Shown here one piece after another: positions 1 to 10,890 of a stretch of 64,000 nt of DNA. Below the pieces are notes generated by a model. That model ran no database searches. It was given only the letters and a program-made list of their open reading frames with translations, and was not told where the DNA came from. Source of the DNA: Auanema rhodensis (lineage: Eukaryota; Animalia; Nematoda); assembly GCA_964057225.1 (NCBI GenBank), contig OZ059897.1, positions 1,674,001-1,738,000 of the forward strand. The letters run 5' to 3'. The first letter of the stretch is position 1. Each line of letters starts with the position of its first letter. The position numbers and the translations under genes are program-made.

Positions 1-10
1 GCATTAGTGT

Positions 11-38
11 ATGTTGAGTTTCCATGTACACTCAACAT
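11..38. repeat. Perfect 9-bp inverted repeat with 10-nt loop, one per monomer
   Basis: ATGTTGAGT (11-19) is the reverse complement of ACTCAACAT (30-38). It lies in the least variable part of the monomer. Confidence 0.88.
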
Positions 39-220
39 TGCTTCCAAAAACATTTTGACAAAAATTTTCCCGAAAAATTTCAAGATAATTTTACGAAAAG
101 TAGATGTTTTTAGATTTCTTTTTTTAAGGCGAAGACGATGGACAATGTTATTCAACGAAAAAATTAATTCTTCAGGGTGAAAATCGAGGATTTAAGTGTG
201 AATTTATATCAGTTGATATC

Positions 221-287
221 TCGGTGCATTTTTAAGCTAGCGCAAATCTGATAACACAGATCGACGCAGCTTAAAAATCCGCATCGA
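221..287. repeat. Imperfect inverted repeat (67-bp hairpin/cruciform potential), one per monomer with variants
   Basis: TCGGTGC 221-227 pairs with GCATCGA 281-287 (one G-T); ATTTTTAAGCT 228-238 with AGCTTAAAAAT 268-278 (perfect 11 bp); GCG 240-242 with CGC 265-267; ATCTG 246-250 with CAGAT 257-261; loop ATAACA. Confidence 0.9.
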
Positions 288-3254
288 ATGCACTATACTA
301 CATTGAGAAACGTTCAATACAAAAATTAGTTATGATCGTTTGAAAAATGATGCATTAGTGTATGTTGAGTTTCCATGTACACTCAACATTGCTTCCAAAA
401 ACATTTTGACAAAAATTTTCCCGAAAAATTTCAAGATAATTTTACGAAAAGTAGATGTTTTTAGATTTCTTTTTTTAAGGCGAAGACGATGGACAATGTT
501 ATTCAACGAAAAAATTAATTCTTCAGGGTGAAAATCGAGGATACAAGTGTGAACTTATATCAGTTGATATCTCGGTGCATTTTTAAGCTAGCGCAAATCT
601 GATAACACAGATCGACGCAGCTTGAAAATCCGCATCGAATGCATTATACTACATTGAGAAACGTTCAATACAAAAATTATCTATGATTGTTCGAAAAATG
701 ATGCATTAGTGTATGTTGAGTTTCCATGTACACTCAACATTGCTTCCAAAAACATTTTGACAAAAATTTTCCCGAAAAATTTCAAGATAATTTTACGAAA
801 AGTAGATGTTTTTAGATTTCTTTTTTTAAGGCGAAGACGATGGACAATGTTATTCAACGAAAAAATTAATTCTTCAGGGTGAAAATCGAGGATTTAAGTG
901 TGAACTTATATCAGTTGATATCTCGGTGCATTTTTAAGCTAGCGCAAATCTGATAACACAGATCGACGCAGCTTAAAAATCCGCATCGAATGCACTATAC
1001 TACATTGAGAAACGTTCAATACAAAAATTAGTTATGATCGTTTGAAAAATGATGCATTAGTGTATGTTGAGTTTCCATGTACACTCAACATTGCTTCCAA
1101 AAACATTTTGACAAAAATTTTCCCGAAAAATTTCAAGATAATTTTACGAAAAGTAGATGTTTTTAGATTTCTTTTTTTAAGGCGAAGACGATGGACAATG
1201 TTATTCAACGAAAAAATTAATTCTTCAGGGTGAAAATCGAGGATTTAAGTGTGAATTTATATCAGTTGATATCTCGGTGCATTTTTAAGCTAGCGCAAAT
1301 CTGATAACACAGATCGACGCAGCTTAAAAATCCGCATCGAATGCACTATACTACATTGAGAAACGTTCAATACAAAAATTAGTTATGATCGTTTGAAAAA
1401 TGATGCATTAGTGTATGTTGAGTTTCCATGTACACTCAACATTGCTTCCAAAAACATTTTGACAAAAATTTTCCCGAAAAATTTCAAGATAATTTCACGA
1501 AAAGTAGATGTTTTTAGATTCCTTTTTTCAAGGCGAAGACGATGAACAATGTTATTCAACGAAAAAATTAATTCTTCAGGGTGAAAATCGAGGATATAAG
1601 TGTGAACTTATATCAGTTGATATCTCGGTGCATTTTTAAGCTAGCGCAAATCTGATAACACAGATCGACGCAGTTTAAAAATCCGCATCGAATGCATTAT
1701 ACCACATTGAGAAACGCTCAATACAAAAGTTATTTATGATTGTTTGAAAAATGATGCATTAGTGTATGTTGAGTTTCCATGTACACTCAACATTGCTTCC
1801 AAAAACATTTTGACAAAAATTTTCCCGAAAAATTTCAAGATAATTTTACGAAAAGTAGATGTTTTTAGATTTCTTTTTTTAAGGCGAAGACGATGGACAA
1901 TGTTATTCAACGAAAAAATTAATTCTTCAGGGTGAAAATCGAGGATTTAAGTGTGAACTTATATCAGTTGATATCTCGGTGCATTTTTAAGCTAGCGCAA
2001 ATCTGATAACACAGATCGACGCAGCTTAAAAATCCGCATCGAATGCACTATACTACATTGAGAAACGTTCAATACAAAAGTTATTTATGATTGTTTGAAA
2101 AATGATGCATTAGTGTATGTTGAGTTTCCATGTACACTCAACATTGCTTCCAAAAACATTTTGACAAAAATTTTCCCGAAAAATTTCAAGATAATTTTAC
2201 GAAAAGTAGATGTTTTTAGATTTCTTTTTTTAAGGCGAAGACGATGGACAATGTTATTCAACGAAAAAATTAATTCTTCAGGGTGAAAATCGAGGATTTA
2301 AGTGTGAACTTATATCAGTTGATATCTCGGTGAATTTTTAAGCTAGCGCAAATCTGACAACACAGATCGACGCAGCTTAAAAATCCGCATCGAATGCACT
2401 ATACTACATTGAGAAACGTTCAATACAAAAATTATTTATGATTGTTTGAAAAATGATGCATTAGTGTATGTTGAGTTTCCATGTACACTCAACATTGCTT
2501 CCAAAAACATTTTGACAAAAATTTTCCCGAAAAATTTCAAGATAATTTTACGAAAACTAGATGTTTTTAGATTTCTTTTTTTAAGGCGAAGACGATGGAC
2601 AATGTTATTCAACGAAAAAATTAATTCTTCAGGGTGAAAATCGAGGATACAAGTTTGAACTTATATCAGTTGATATCTCGGTGAATTTTTAAGCTAGCGC
2701 AAATCTGACAACACAGATCGACGCAGCTTAAAAATCCGCATCGAATGCACTATACTATATTGAGAAACGTTCAATACAAAAATTATTTATGATTGTTCGA
2801 AAAATGATGCATTAGTGTATGTTGAGTTTCCATGTACACTCAACATTGCTTCCAAAAACATTTTGACAAAAATTTTCCCGAAAAATTTCAAGATAATTTT
2901 ACGAAAAGTAGATGTTTTTAGATTTCTTTTTTAAAGGCGAAGACGATGGACAGTGTTATTCAACGAAAAAATTAATTCTTCAGGGTGAAAATCGAGGATA
3001 TAAGTGTGAACTTATATAAGTTGATATCTTGGTGCATTTTTAAGCTAGCGCAAATCTGATAACACAGATCGACGCAGCTTAAAAATCCGCATCGAATGCA
3101 CTATACTAAATTGAGAAACGTTCAATACGAAAATTATTTATGATTGTTCGAAAAATGATGCATTAGTGTATGTTGAGTTTCCATGTACACTCAACATTGC
3201 TTCCAAAAACATTTTGACAAAAATTTTCCCGAAAAATTTCAAGATAATTTTACG

Positions 3255-3262
3255 TAGATGTT
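3255..3262. other. 8-bp locally templated insertion (TAGATGTT) giving a 359-bp monomer
   Basis: Consensus TACG-AAAAG-TAGATGTT reads TACG-TAGATGTT-AAAAG-TAGATGTT here; the next monomer starts at 3519 (3160+359). Confidence 0.9.
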
Positions 3263-4572
3263 AAAAGTAGATGTTTTTAGATTTCTTTTTTTAAGGCGAA
3301 GACGATGGACAATGTTATTCAACGAAAAAATTAATTCTTCAGGGTGAAAATCGAGGATATAAGTGTGAACTTATATCAGTTGATATCTCGGTGCATTTTT
3401 AAGCTAGCGCAAATCTGATAACACAGATCGACGCAGCTTGAAAATCCGCATCGAATGCATTATACTACATTGAGAAACGTTCAATACAAAAATTATCTAT
3501 GATTGTTCGAAAAATGATGCATTAGTGTATGTTGAGTTTCCATGTACACTCAACATTGCTTCCAAAAACATTTTGACAAAAATTTTCCCGAAAAATTTCA
3601 AGATAATTTTACGAAAAGTAGATGTTTTTAGATTTCTTTTTTTAAGGCGAAGACGATGGACAATGTTATTCAACGAAAAAATTAATTCTTCAGGGTGAAA
3701 ATCGAGGATATAAGTGTGAACTTATATCAGTTGATATCTCGGTGCATTTTTAAGCTAGCGCAAATCTGATAACACAGATCGACGCAGCTTGAAAATCCGC
3801 ATCGAATGCATTATACTACATTGAGAAACGTTCAATACAAAAATTATCTATGATTGTTCGAAAAATGATGCATTAGTGTATGTTGAGTTTCCATGTACAC
3901 TCAACATTGCTTCCAAAAACATTTTGACAAAAATTTTCCCGAAAAATTTCAAGATAATTTTACGAAAAGTAGATGTTTTTAGATTTCTTTTTTTAAGGCG
4001 AAGACGATGGACAATGTTATTCAACGAAAAAATTAATTCTTCAGGGTGAAAATCGAGGATATAAGTGTGCACTTATATCAGTTGATATCTCGGTGCATTT
4101 TTAAGCTAGCGCAAATCTGATAACACAGATCGACGCAGCTTAAAAATCCGCATCGAATGCACTATACTACATTGAGAAACGCTCAATACAAAAGTTATTT
4201 ATGATTGTTTGAAAAATGATGCATTAGTGTATGTTGAGTTTCCATGTACACTCAACATTGCTTCCAAAAACATTTTGACAAAAATTTTCCCGAAAAATTT
4301 CAAGATAATTTTACGAAAAGTAGATGTTTTTAGATTTCTTTTTTTAAGGCGAAGACGATGGACAATGTTATTCAACGAAAAAATTAATTCTTCAGGGTGA
4401 AAATCGAGGATATAAGTGTGCACTTATATCAGTTGATATCTCGGTGCATTTTTAAGCTAGCGCAAATCTGATAACACAGATCGACGCAGCATAAAAAATC
4501 CGCATCGAATGCACTATACCACATTGAGAAACGCTCAATACAAAAGTTATTTATAATTGTTTGAAAAATGAT

Positions 4573-7500
4573 GCATTAGTGTATGTTGAGTTTCCATGTA
4601 CACTCAACATTGCTTCCAAAAACATTTTGACAAAAATTTTCCCGAAAAATTTCAAGATAATTTTACGAAAAGTAGATGTTTTTAGATTTCTTTTTTTAAG
4701 GCGAAGACGATGGACAATGTTATTCAACGAAAAAATTAATTCTTCAGGGTGAAAATCGAGGATTTAAGTGTGAACTTATATCAGTTGATATCTCGGTGCA
4801 TTTTTAAGCTAGCGCAAATCTGATAACACAGATCGACGCAGCTTAAAAATCCGCATCGAATGCACTATACTAAATTGAGAAACGTTCAAAACGAAAATTA
4901 TTTATGATTGTTCGAAAAATGATGCATTAGTGTATGTTGAGTTTCCATGTACACTCAACATTGCTTCCAAAAACATTTTGACAAAAATTTTCCCGAAAAA
5001 TTTCAAGATAATTTCACGAAAAGTAGATGTTTTTAGATTCCTTTTTTTAAGGCGAAGACGATGGTAAATGTTATTCAACGAAAAAATTAATTCTTCAGGG
5101 TGAAAATCGAGGATACAAGTGTGAACTTATATCAGTTGATATCTCGGTGAATTTTTAAGCTAGCGCAAATCTGACAACACAGATCGACGCAGCTTAAAAA
5201 TCCGCATCGAATGCACTATACTACATTGAGAAACGTTCAATACAAAAATTATTTATGATTGTTCGAAAAATGATGCATTAGTGTATGTTGAGTTTCCATG
5301 TACACTCAACATTGCTTCCAAAAACATTTTGACAAAAATTTTCCCGAAAAATTTCAAGATAATTTTACGAAAAGTAGATGTTTTTAGATTTCTTTTTTTA
5401 AGGCGAAGACGATGGACAATGTTATTCAACGAAAAAATTAATTCTTCAGGGTGAAAATCGAGGATACAAGTGTGAACTTATATCAGTTGATATCTCGGTG
5501 AATTTTTAAGCTAGCGCAAATCTGACAACACAGATCGACGCAGCTTAAAAATCCGCATCGAATGCACTATACTATATTGAGAAACGTTCAATACAAAAAT
5601 TATTTATGATTGTTCGAAAAATGATGCATTAGTGTATGTTGAGTTTCCATGTACACTCAACATTGCTTCCAAAAACATTTTGACAAAAATTTTCCCGAAA
5701 AATTTCAAGATAATTTTACGAAAAGTAGATGTTTTTAGATTTCTTTTTTAAAGGCGAAGACGATGGACAATGTTATTCAACGAAAAAATTAATTCTTCAG
5801 GGTGAAAATCGAGGATATAAGTGTGAACTTATATCAGTTGATATCTTGGTGCATTTTTAAGCTAGCGCAAATCTGATAACACAGATCGACGCAGCTTAAA
5901 AATCCGCATCGAATGCATTATACTACATTGAGAAACGTTCAATACAAAAATTATCTATGATTGTTCGAAAAATGATGCATTAGTGTATGTTGAGTTTCCA
6001 TGTACACTCAACATTGCTTCCAAAAACATTTTGACAAAAATTTTCCCGAAAAATTTCAAGATAATTTTACGAAAAGTAGATGTTTTTAGATTTCTTTTTT
6101 TAAGGCGAAGACGATGGACAATGTTATTCAACGAAAAAATTAATTCTTCAGGGTGAAAATCGAGGATTTAAGTGTGAACTTATATCAGTTGATATCTCGG
6201 TGCATTTTTAAGCTAGCGCAAATCTGATAACACAGATCGACGCAGCTTAAAAATCCGCATCGAATGCACTATACTAAATTGAGAAACGTTCAAAACGAAA
6301 AATATTTATGATTGTTCGAAAAATGATGCATTAGTGTATGTTGAGTTTCCATGTACACTCAACATTGCTTCCAAAAACATTTTGACAAAAATTTTCCCGA
6401 AAAATTTCAAGATAATTTCACGAAAAGTAGATGTTTTTAGATTCCTTTTTTTAAGGCGAAGACGATGGTAAATGTTATTCAACGAAAAAATTAATTCTTC
6501 AGGGTGAAAATCGAGGATACAAGTGTGAACTTATATCAGTTGATATCTCGGTGAATTTTTAAGCTAGCGCAAATCTGACAACACAGATCGACGCAGCTTA
6601 AAAATCCGCATCGAATGCACTATACTACATTGAGAAACGTTCAATACAAAAATTATTTATGATTGTTCGAAAAATGATGCATTAGTGTATGTTGAGTTTC
6701 CATGTACACTCAACATTGCTTCCAAAAACATTTTGACAAAAATTTTCCCGAAAAAGTTCAAGATAATTTTACGAAAAGTAGATGTTTTTAGATTTCTTTT
6801 TTTAAGGCGAAGACGATGGACAATGTTATTCAACGAAAAAATTAATTCTTCAGGGTGAAAATCGAGGATACAAGTGTGAACTTATATCAGTTGATATCTC
6901 GGTGAATTTTTAAGCTAGCGCAAATCTGACAACACAGATCGACGCAGCTTAAAAATCCGCATCGAATGCACTATACTATATTGAGAAACGTTCAATACAA
7001 AAATTATTTATGATTGTTCGAAAAATGATGCATTAGTGTATGTTGAGTTTCCATGTACACTCAACATTGCTTCCAAAAACATTTTGACAAAAATTTTCCC
7101 GAAAAAGTTCAAGATAATTTTACGAAAAGTAGATGTTTTTAGATTTCTTTTTTTAAGGCGAAGACGATGGACAATGTTATTCAACGAAAAAATTAATTCT
7201 TCAGGGTGAAAATCGAGGATACAAGTGTGAACTTATATCAGTTGATATCTCGGTGAATTTTTAAGCTAGCGCAAATCTGACAACACAGATCGACGCAGCT
7301 TAAAAATCCGCATCGAATGCACTATACTATATTGAGAAACGTTCAATACAAAAATTATTTATGATTGTTCGAAAAATGATGCATTAGTGTATGTTGAGTT
7401 TCCATGTACACTCAACATTGCTTCCAAAAACATTTTGACAAAAATTTTCCCGAAAAATTTCAAGATAATTTTACGAAAAGTAGATGTTTTTAGATTTCTT

Positions 7501-7731
7501 TTTTAAAGGCGAAGACGATGGACAATGTTATTCAACGAAAAAATTAATTCTTCAGGGTGAAAATCGAGGATATAAGTGTGAACTTATATCAGTTGATATC
7601 TTGGTGCATTTTTAAGCTAGCGCAAATCTGATAACACAGATCGACGCAGCTTAAAAATCCGCATCGAATGCACTATACTAAATTGAGAAACGTTCAATAC
7701 GAAAATTATTTATGATTGTTCGAAAAATGAT
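4573..7731. repeat. 4-mer higher-order repeat, second copy expanded to 5 monomers
   Basis: Markers TTCAAAACGAAA (~4885, ~6289; 1404 bp apart), GGTAAATG and TTTTAAAGG+CTTGG recur in the same order. Private GAAAAAGTTC at ~6756 and ~7107 marks a single-monomer duplication. Confidence 0.75.
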
Positions 7732-9486
7732 GCATTAGTGTATGTTGAGTTTCCATGTACACTCAACATTGCTTCCAAAAACATTTTGACAAAAATTTTC
7801 CCGAAAAATTTCAAGATAATTTTACGAAAAGTAGATGTTTTTAGATTTCTTTTTTTAAGGCGAAGACGATGGACAATGTTATTCAACGAAAAAATTAATT
7901 CTTCAGGGTGAAAATCGAGGATATAAGTGTGAACTTATATCAGTTGATATCTCGGTGCATTTTTAAGCTAGCGCAAATCTGATAACACAGATCGACGCAG
8001 CTTAAAAATCCGCATCGAATGCATTATACTACATTGAGAAACGTTCAATACAAAAATTATCTATGATTGTTCGAAAAATGATGCATTAGTGTATGTTGAG
8101 TTTCCATGTACACTCAACATTGCTTCCAAAAACATTTTGACAAAAATTTTCCCGAAAAATTTCAAGATAATTTTACGAAAAGTAGATGTTTTTAGATTTC
8201 TTTTTTTAAGGCGAAGACGATGGACAATGTTATTCAACGAAAAAATTAATTCTTCAGGGTGAAAATCGAGGATTTAAGTGTGAACTTATATCAGTTGATA
8301 TCTCGGTGCATTTTTAAGCTAGCGCAAATCTGATAACACAGATCGACGCAGCTTAAAAATCCGCATCGAATGCACTATACTAAATTGAGAAACGTTCAAA
8401 ACGAAAATTATTTATGATTGTTCGAAAAATGATGCATTAGTGTATGTTGAGTTTCCATGTACACTCAACATTGCTTCCAAAAACATTTTGACAAAAATTT
8501 TCCCGAAAAATTTCAAGATAATTTTACGAAAAGTAGATGTTTTTAGATTTCTTTTTTTAAGGCGAAGACGATGGACAATGTTATTCAACGAAAAAATTAA
8601 TTCTTCAGGGTGAAAATCGAGGATATAAGTGTGAACTTATATCAGTTGATATCTCGGTGCATTTTTAAGCTAGCGCAAATCTGATAACACAGATCGACGC
8701 AGCTTAAAAATCCGCATCGAATGCATTATACTACATTGAGAAACGTTCAATACAAAAATTATCTATGATTGTTCGAAAAATGATGCATTAGTGTATGTTG
8801 AGTTTCCATGTACACTCAACATTGCTTCCAAAAACATTTTGACAAAAATTTTCCCGAAAAATTTCAAGATAATTTTACGAAAAGTAGATGTTTTTAGATT
8901 TCTTTTTTTAAGGCGAAGACGATGGACAATGTTATTCAACGAAAAAATTAATTCTTCAGGGTGAAAATCGAGGATTTAAGTGTGAACTTATATCAGTTGA
9001 TATCTCGGTGCATTTTTAAGCTAGCGCAAATCTGATAACACAGATCGACGCAGCTTAAAAATCCGCATCGAATGCACTATACTAAATTGAGAAACGTTCA
9101 AAACGAAAATTATTTATGATTGTTCGAAAAATGATGCATTAGTGTATGTTGAGTTTCCATGTACACTCAACATTGCTTCCAAAAACATTTTGACAAAAAT
9201 TTTCCCGAAAAATTTCAAGATAATTTTACGAAAAGTAGATGTTTTTAGATTTCTTTTTTTAAGGCGAAGACGATGGACAATGTTATTCAACGAAAAAATT
9301 AATTCTTCAGGGTGAAAATCGAGGATATAAGTGTGAACTTATATCAGTTGATATCTCGGTGCATTTTTAAGCTAGCGCAAATCTGATAACACAGATCGAC
9401 GCAGCTTAAAAATCCGCATCGAATGCATTATACTACATTGAGAAACGTTCAATACAAAAATTATCTATGATTGTTCGAAAAATGAT
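7732..9486. repeat. Dimeric (702-bp) higher-order repeat, about 2.5 copies
   Basis: GGATATAAG/TTATCTATG monomers alternate with GGATTTAAG/TTCAAAACG monomers (markers ~8395, ~9097). Confidence 0.75.
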
Positions 9487-10890
9487 GCATTAGTGTATGT
9501 TGAGTTTCCATGTACACTCAACATTGCTTCCAAAAACATTTTGACAAAAATTTTCCCGAAAAATTTCAAGATAATTTCACGAAAAGTAGATGTTTTTAGA
9601 TTCCTTTTTTTAAGGCGAAGACGATGGTAAATGTTATTCAACGAAAAAATTAATTCTTCAGGGTGAAAATCGAGGATACAAGTGTGAACTTATATCAGTT
9701 GATATCTCGGTGAATTTTTAAGCTAGCGCAAATCTGACAACACAGATCGACGCAGCTTAAAAATCCGCATCGAATGCATTATACTACATTGAGAAACGTT
9801 CAATACAAAAATTATTTATGATTGTTCGAAAAATGATGCATTAGTGTATGTTGAGTTTCCATGTACACTCAACATTGCTTCCAAAAACATTTTGATAAAA
9901 ATTTTCCCGAAAAATTTCAAGATAATTTTACGAAAAGTAGATGTTTTTAGATTTCTTTTTTAAAGGCGAAGACGATGGACAATGTTATTCAACGATAAAA
10001 TTAATTCTTCAGGGTGAAAATCGAGGATACAAGTGTGAACTTATATCAGTTGATATCTCGGTGAATTTTTAAGCTAGCGCAAATCTGACAACACAGATCG
10101 ACGCAGCTTAAAAATCCGCATCGAATGCACTATACTACATTGAGAAACGTTCAATACAAAAATTATTTATGATTGTTCGAAAAATGATGCATTAGTGTAT
10201 GTTGAGTTTCCATGTACACTCAACATTGCTTCCAAAAACATTTTGACAAAAATTTTCCCGAAAAATTTCAAGATAATTTTACGAAAAGTAGATGTTTTTA
10301 GATTTCTTTTTTTAAGGCGAAGAGGATGGACAATGTTATTCAACGAAAAAATTAATTCTTCAGGGTGAAAATCGAGGATATAAGTGTGAACTTATATCAG
10401 TTGATATCTCGGTGCATTTCTAAGCTAGCGCAAATCTGATAACACAGATCGACGCAGCTTAAAAATCCGCATCGAATGCATTATACTACATTGAGAAACG
10501 TTCAATACAAAAATTATTTATGATTGTTCGAAAAATGATGCATTAGTGAATGTTGAGTTTCCATGTACACTCAACATTGCTTCCAAAAACATTTTGACAA
10601 AAATTTTCCCGAAAAATTTCAAGATAATTTTACGAAAAGTAGGTGTTTTTAGATTTCTTTTTTCAAGGCGAAGACGATGAACAATGTTATTCAACGAAAA
10701 AATTAATTCTTCAGGGTGAAAATCGAGGATATAAGTGTGAACTTATATCAGTTGATATCTCGGTGAATTTTTAAGCTAGCGCAAATCTGATAACACAGAT
10801 CGACGCAGCTTAAAAATCCACATCGAATGCATTATATTACATTGAGAAACGTTCAATACAAAAATTATCTATGATTGTTCGAAAAATGAT

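Larger units (their letters stand above)
1..351. repeat. Reference monomer (arbitrary phase), AT-rich with many A/T tracts
   Basis: Hand count: 111/351 G+C (52 C, 59 G) and 14 CpG. A/T tracts at 46-50, 53-56, 60-68, 73-77, 96-99, 107-111, 119-125, 158-163, 229-233, 273-277, 321-325, 343-347. Confidence 0.95.

Noticed and set aside
68-84. CENP-B-box-like motif (minus strand CTTGAAATTTTTCGGGA)
   Set aside because: It matches only 6 of the 9 essential positions of NTTCGNNNNANNCGGGN, missing the first CG and the central A.
110-180. Hammerhead ribozyme as in newt or schistosome satellites (minus-strand CUGAAGA at 169-175; plus-strand CUGAUAA at 248-254 and GAAAC at 307-311)
   Set aside because: I could not build stems I-III around the minus-strand CUGANGA with a correctly placed GAAA and NUH. 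The plus-strand motif lacks the conserved G8. An Infernal search with Rfam hammerhead models on a dimer would be decisive.
1-351. Monomer as an ancient dimer of ~175-bp subunits
   Set aside because: Only a weak resemblance (AAAATGATGCATTAGTGT vs AAAATCGAGGATTTAAGTGT), not distinguishable from chance in AT-rich DNA by eye.
1-351. Tandem 5S rRNA, tRNA, snRNA or spliced-leader gene unit
   Set aside because: No recognisable 5S or SL sequence, cloverleaf, or pol III A/B boxes; not confirmed by an Rfam search.
340-531. Repeated 61-63 aa + strand ORF (MKNDALVYVEF...), 21 copies
   Set aside because: It starts at TTG, which exists only in the TTTGAAAA variant. Common variants introduce stops (TGA in GATGAAC, TAA in TTAACA and GGTAAA) or frameshifts. 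No recognisable domain; the K/F/I/N-rich composition reflects A/T tracts.
3254-3275. Transposon excision footprint / 8-bp target-site duplication
   Set aside because: A TSD would keep AAAAG before the first TAGATGTT copy. Here the extra copy precedes AAAAG, which fits a templated insertion instead.
3848-4423. Two 74-aa minus-strand ORFs
   Set aside because: They depend on a GTG start created by a private variant (GTGTGCAC) in two adjacent monomers; antisense read-through of the satellite.
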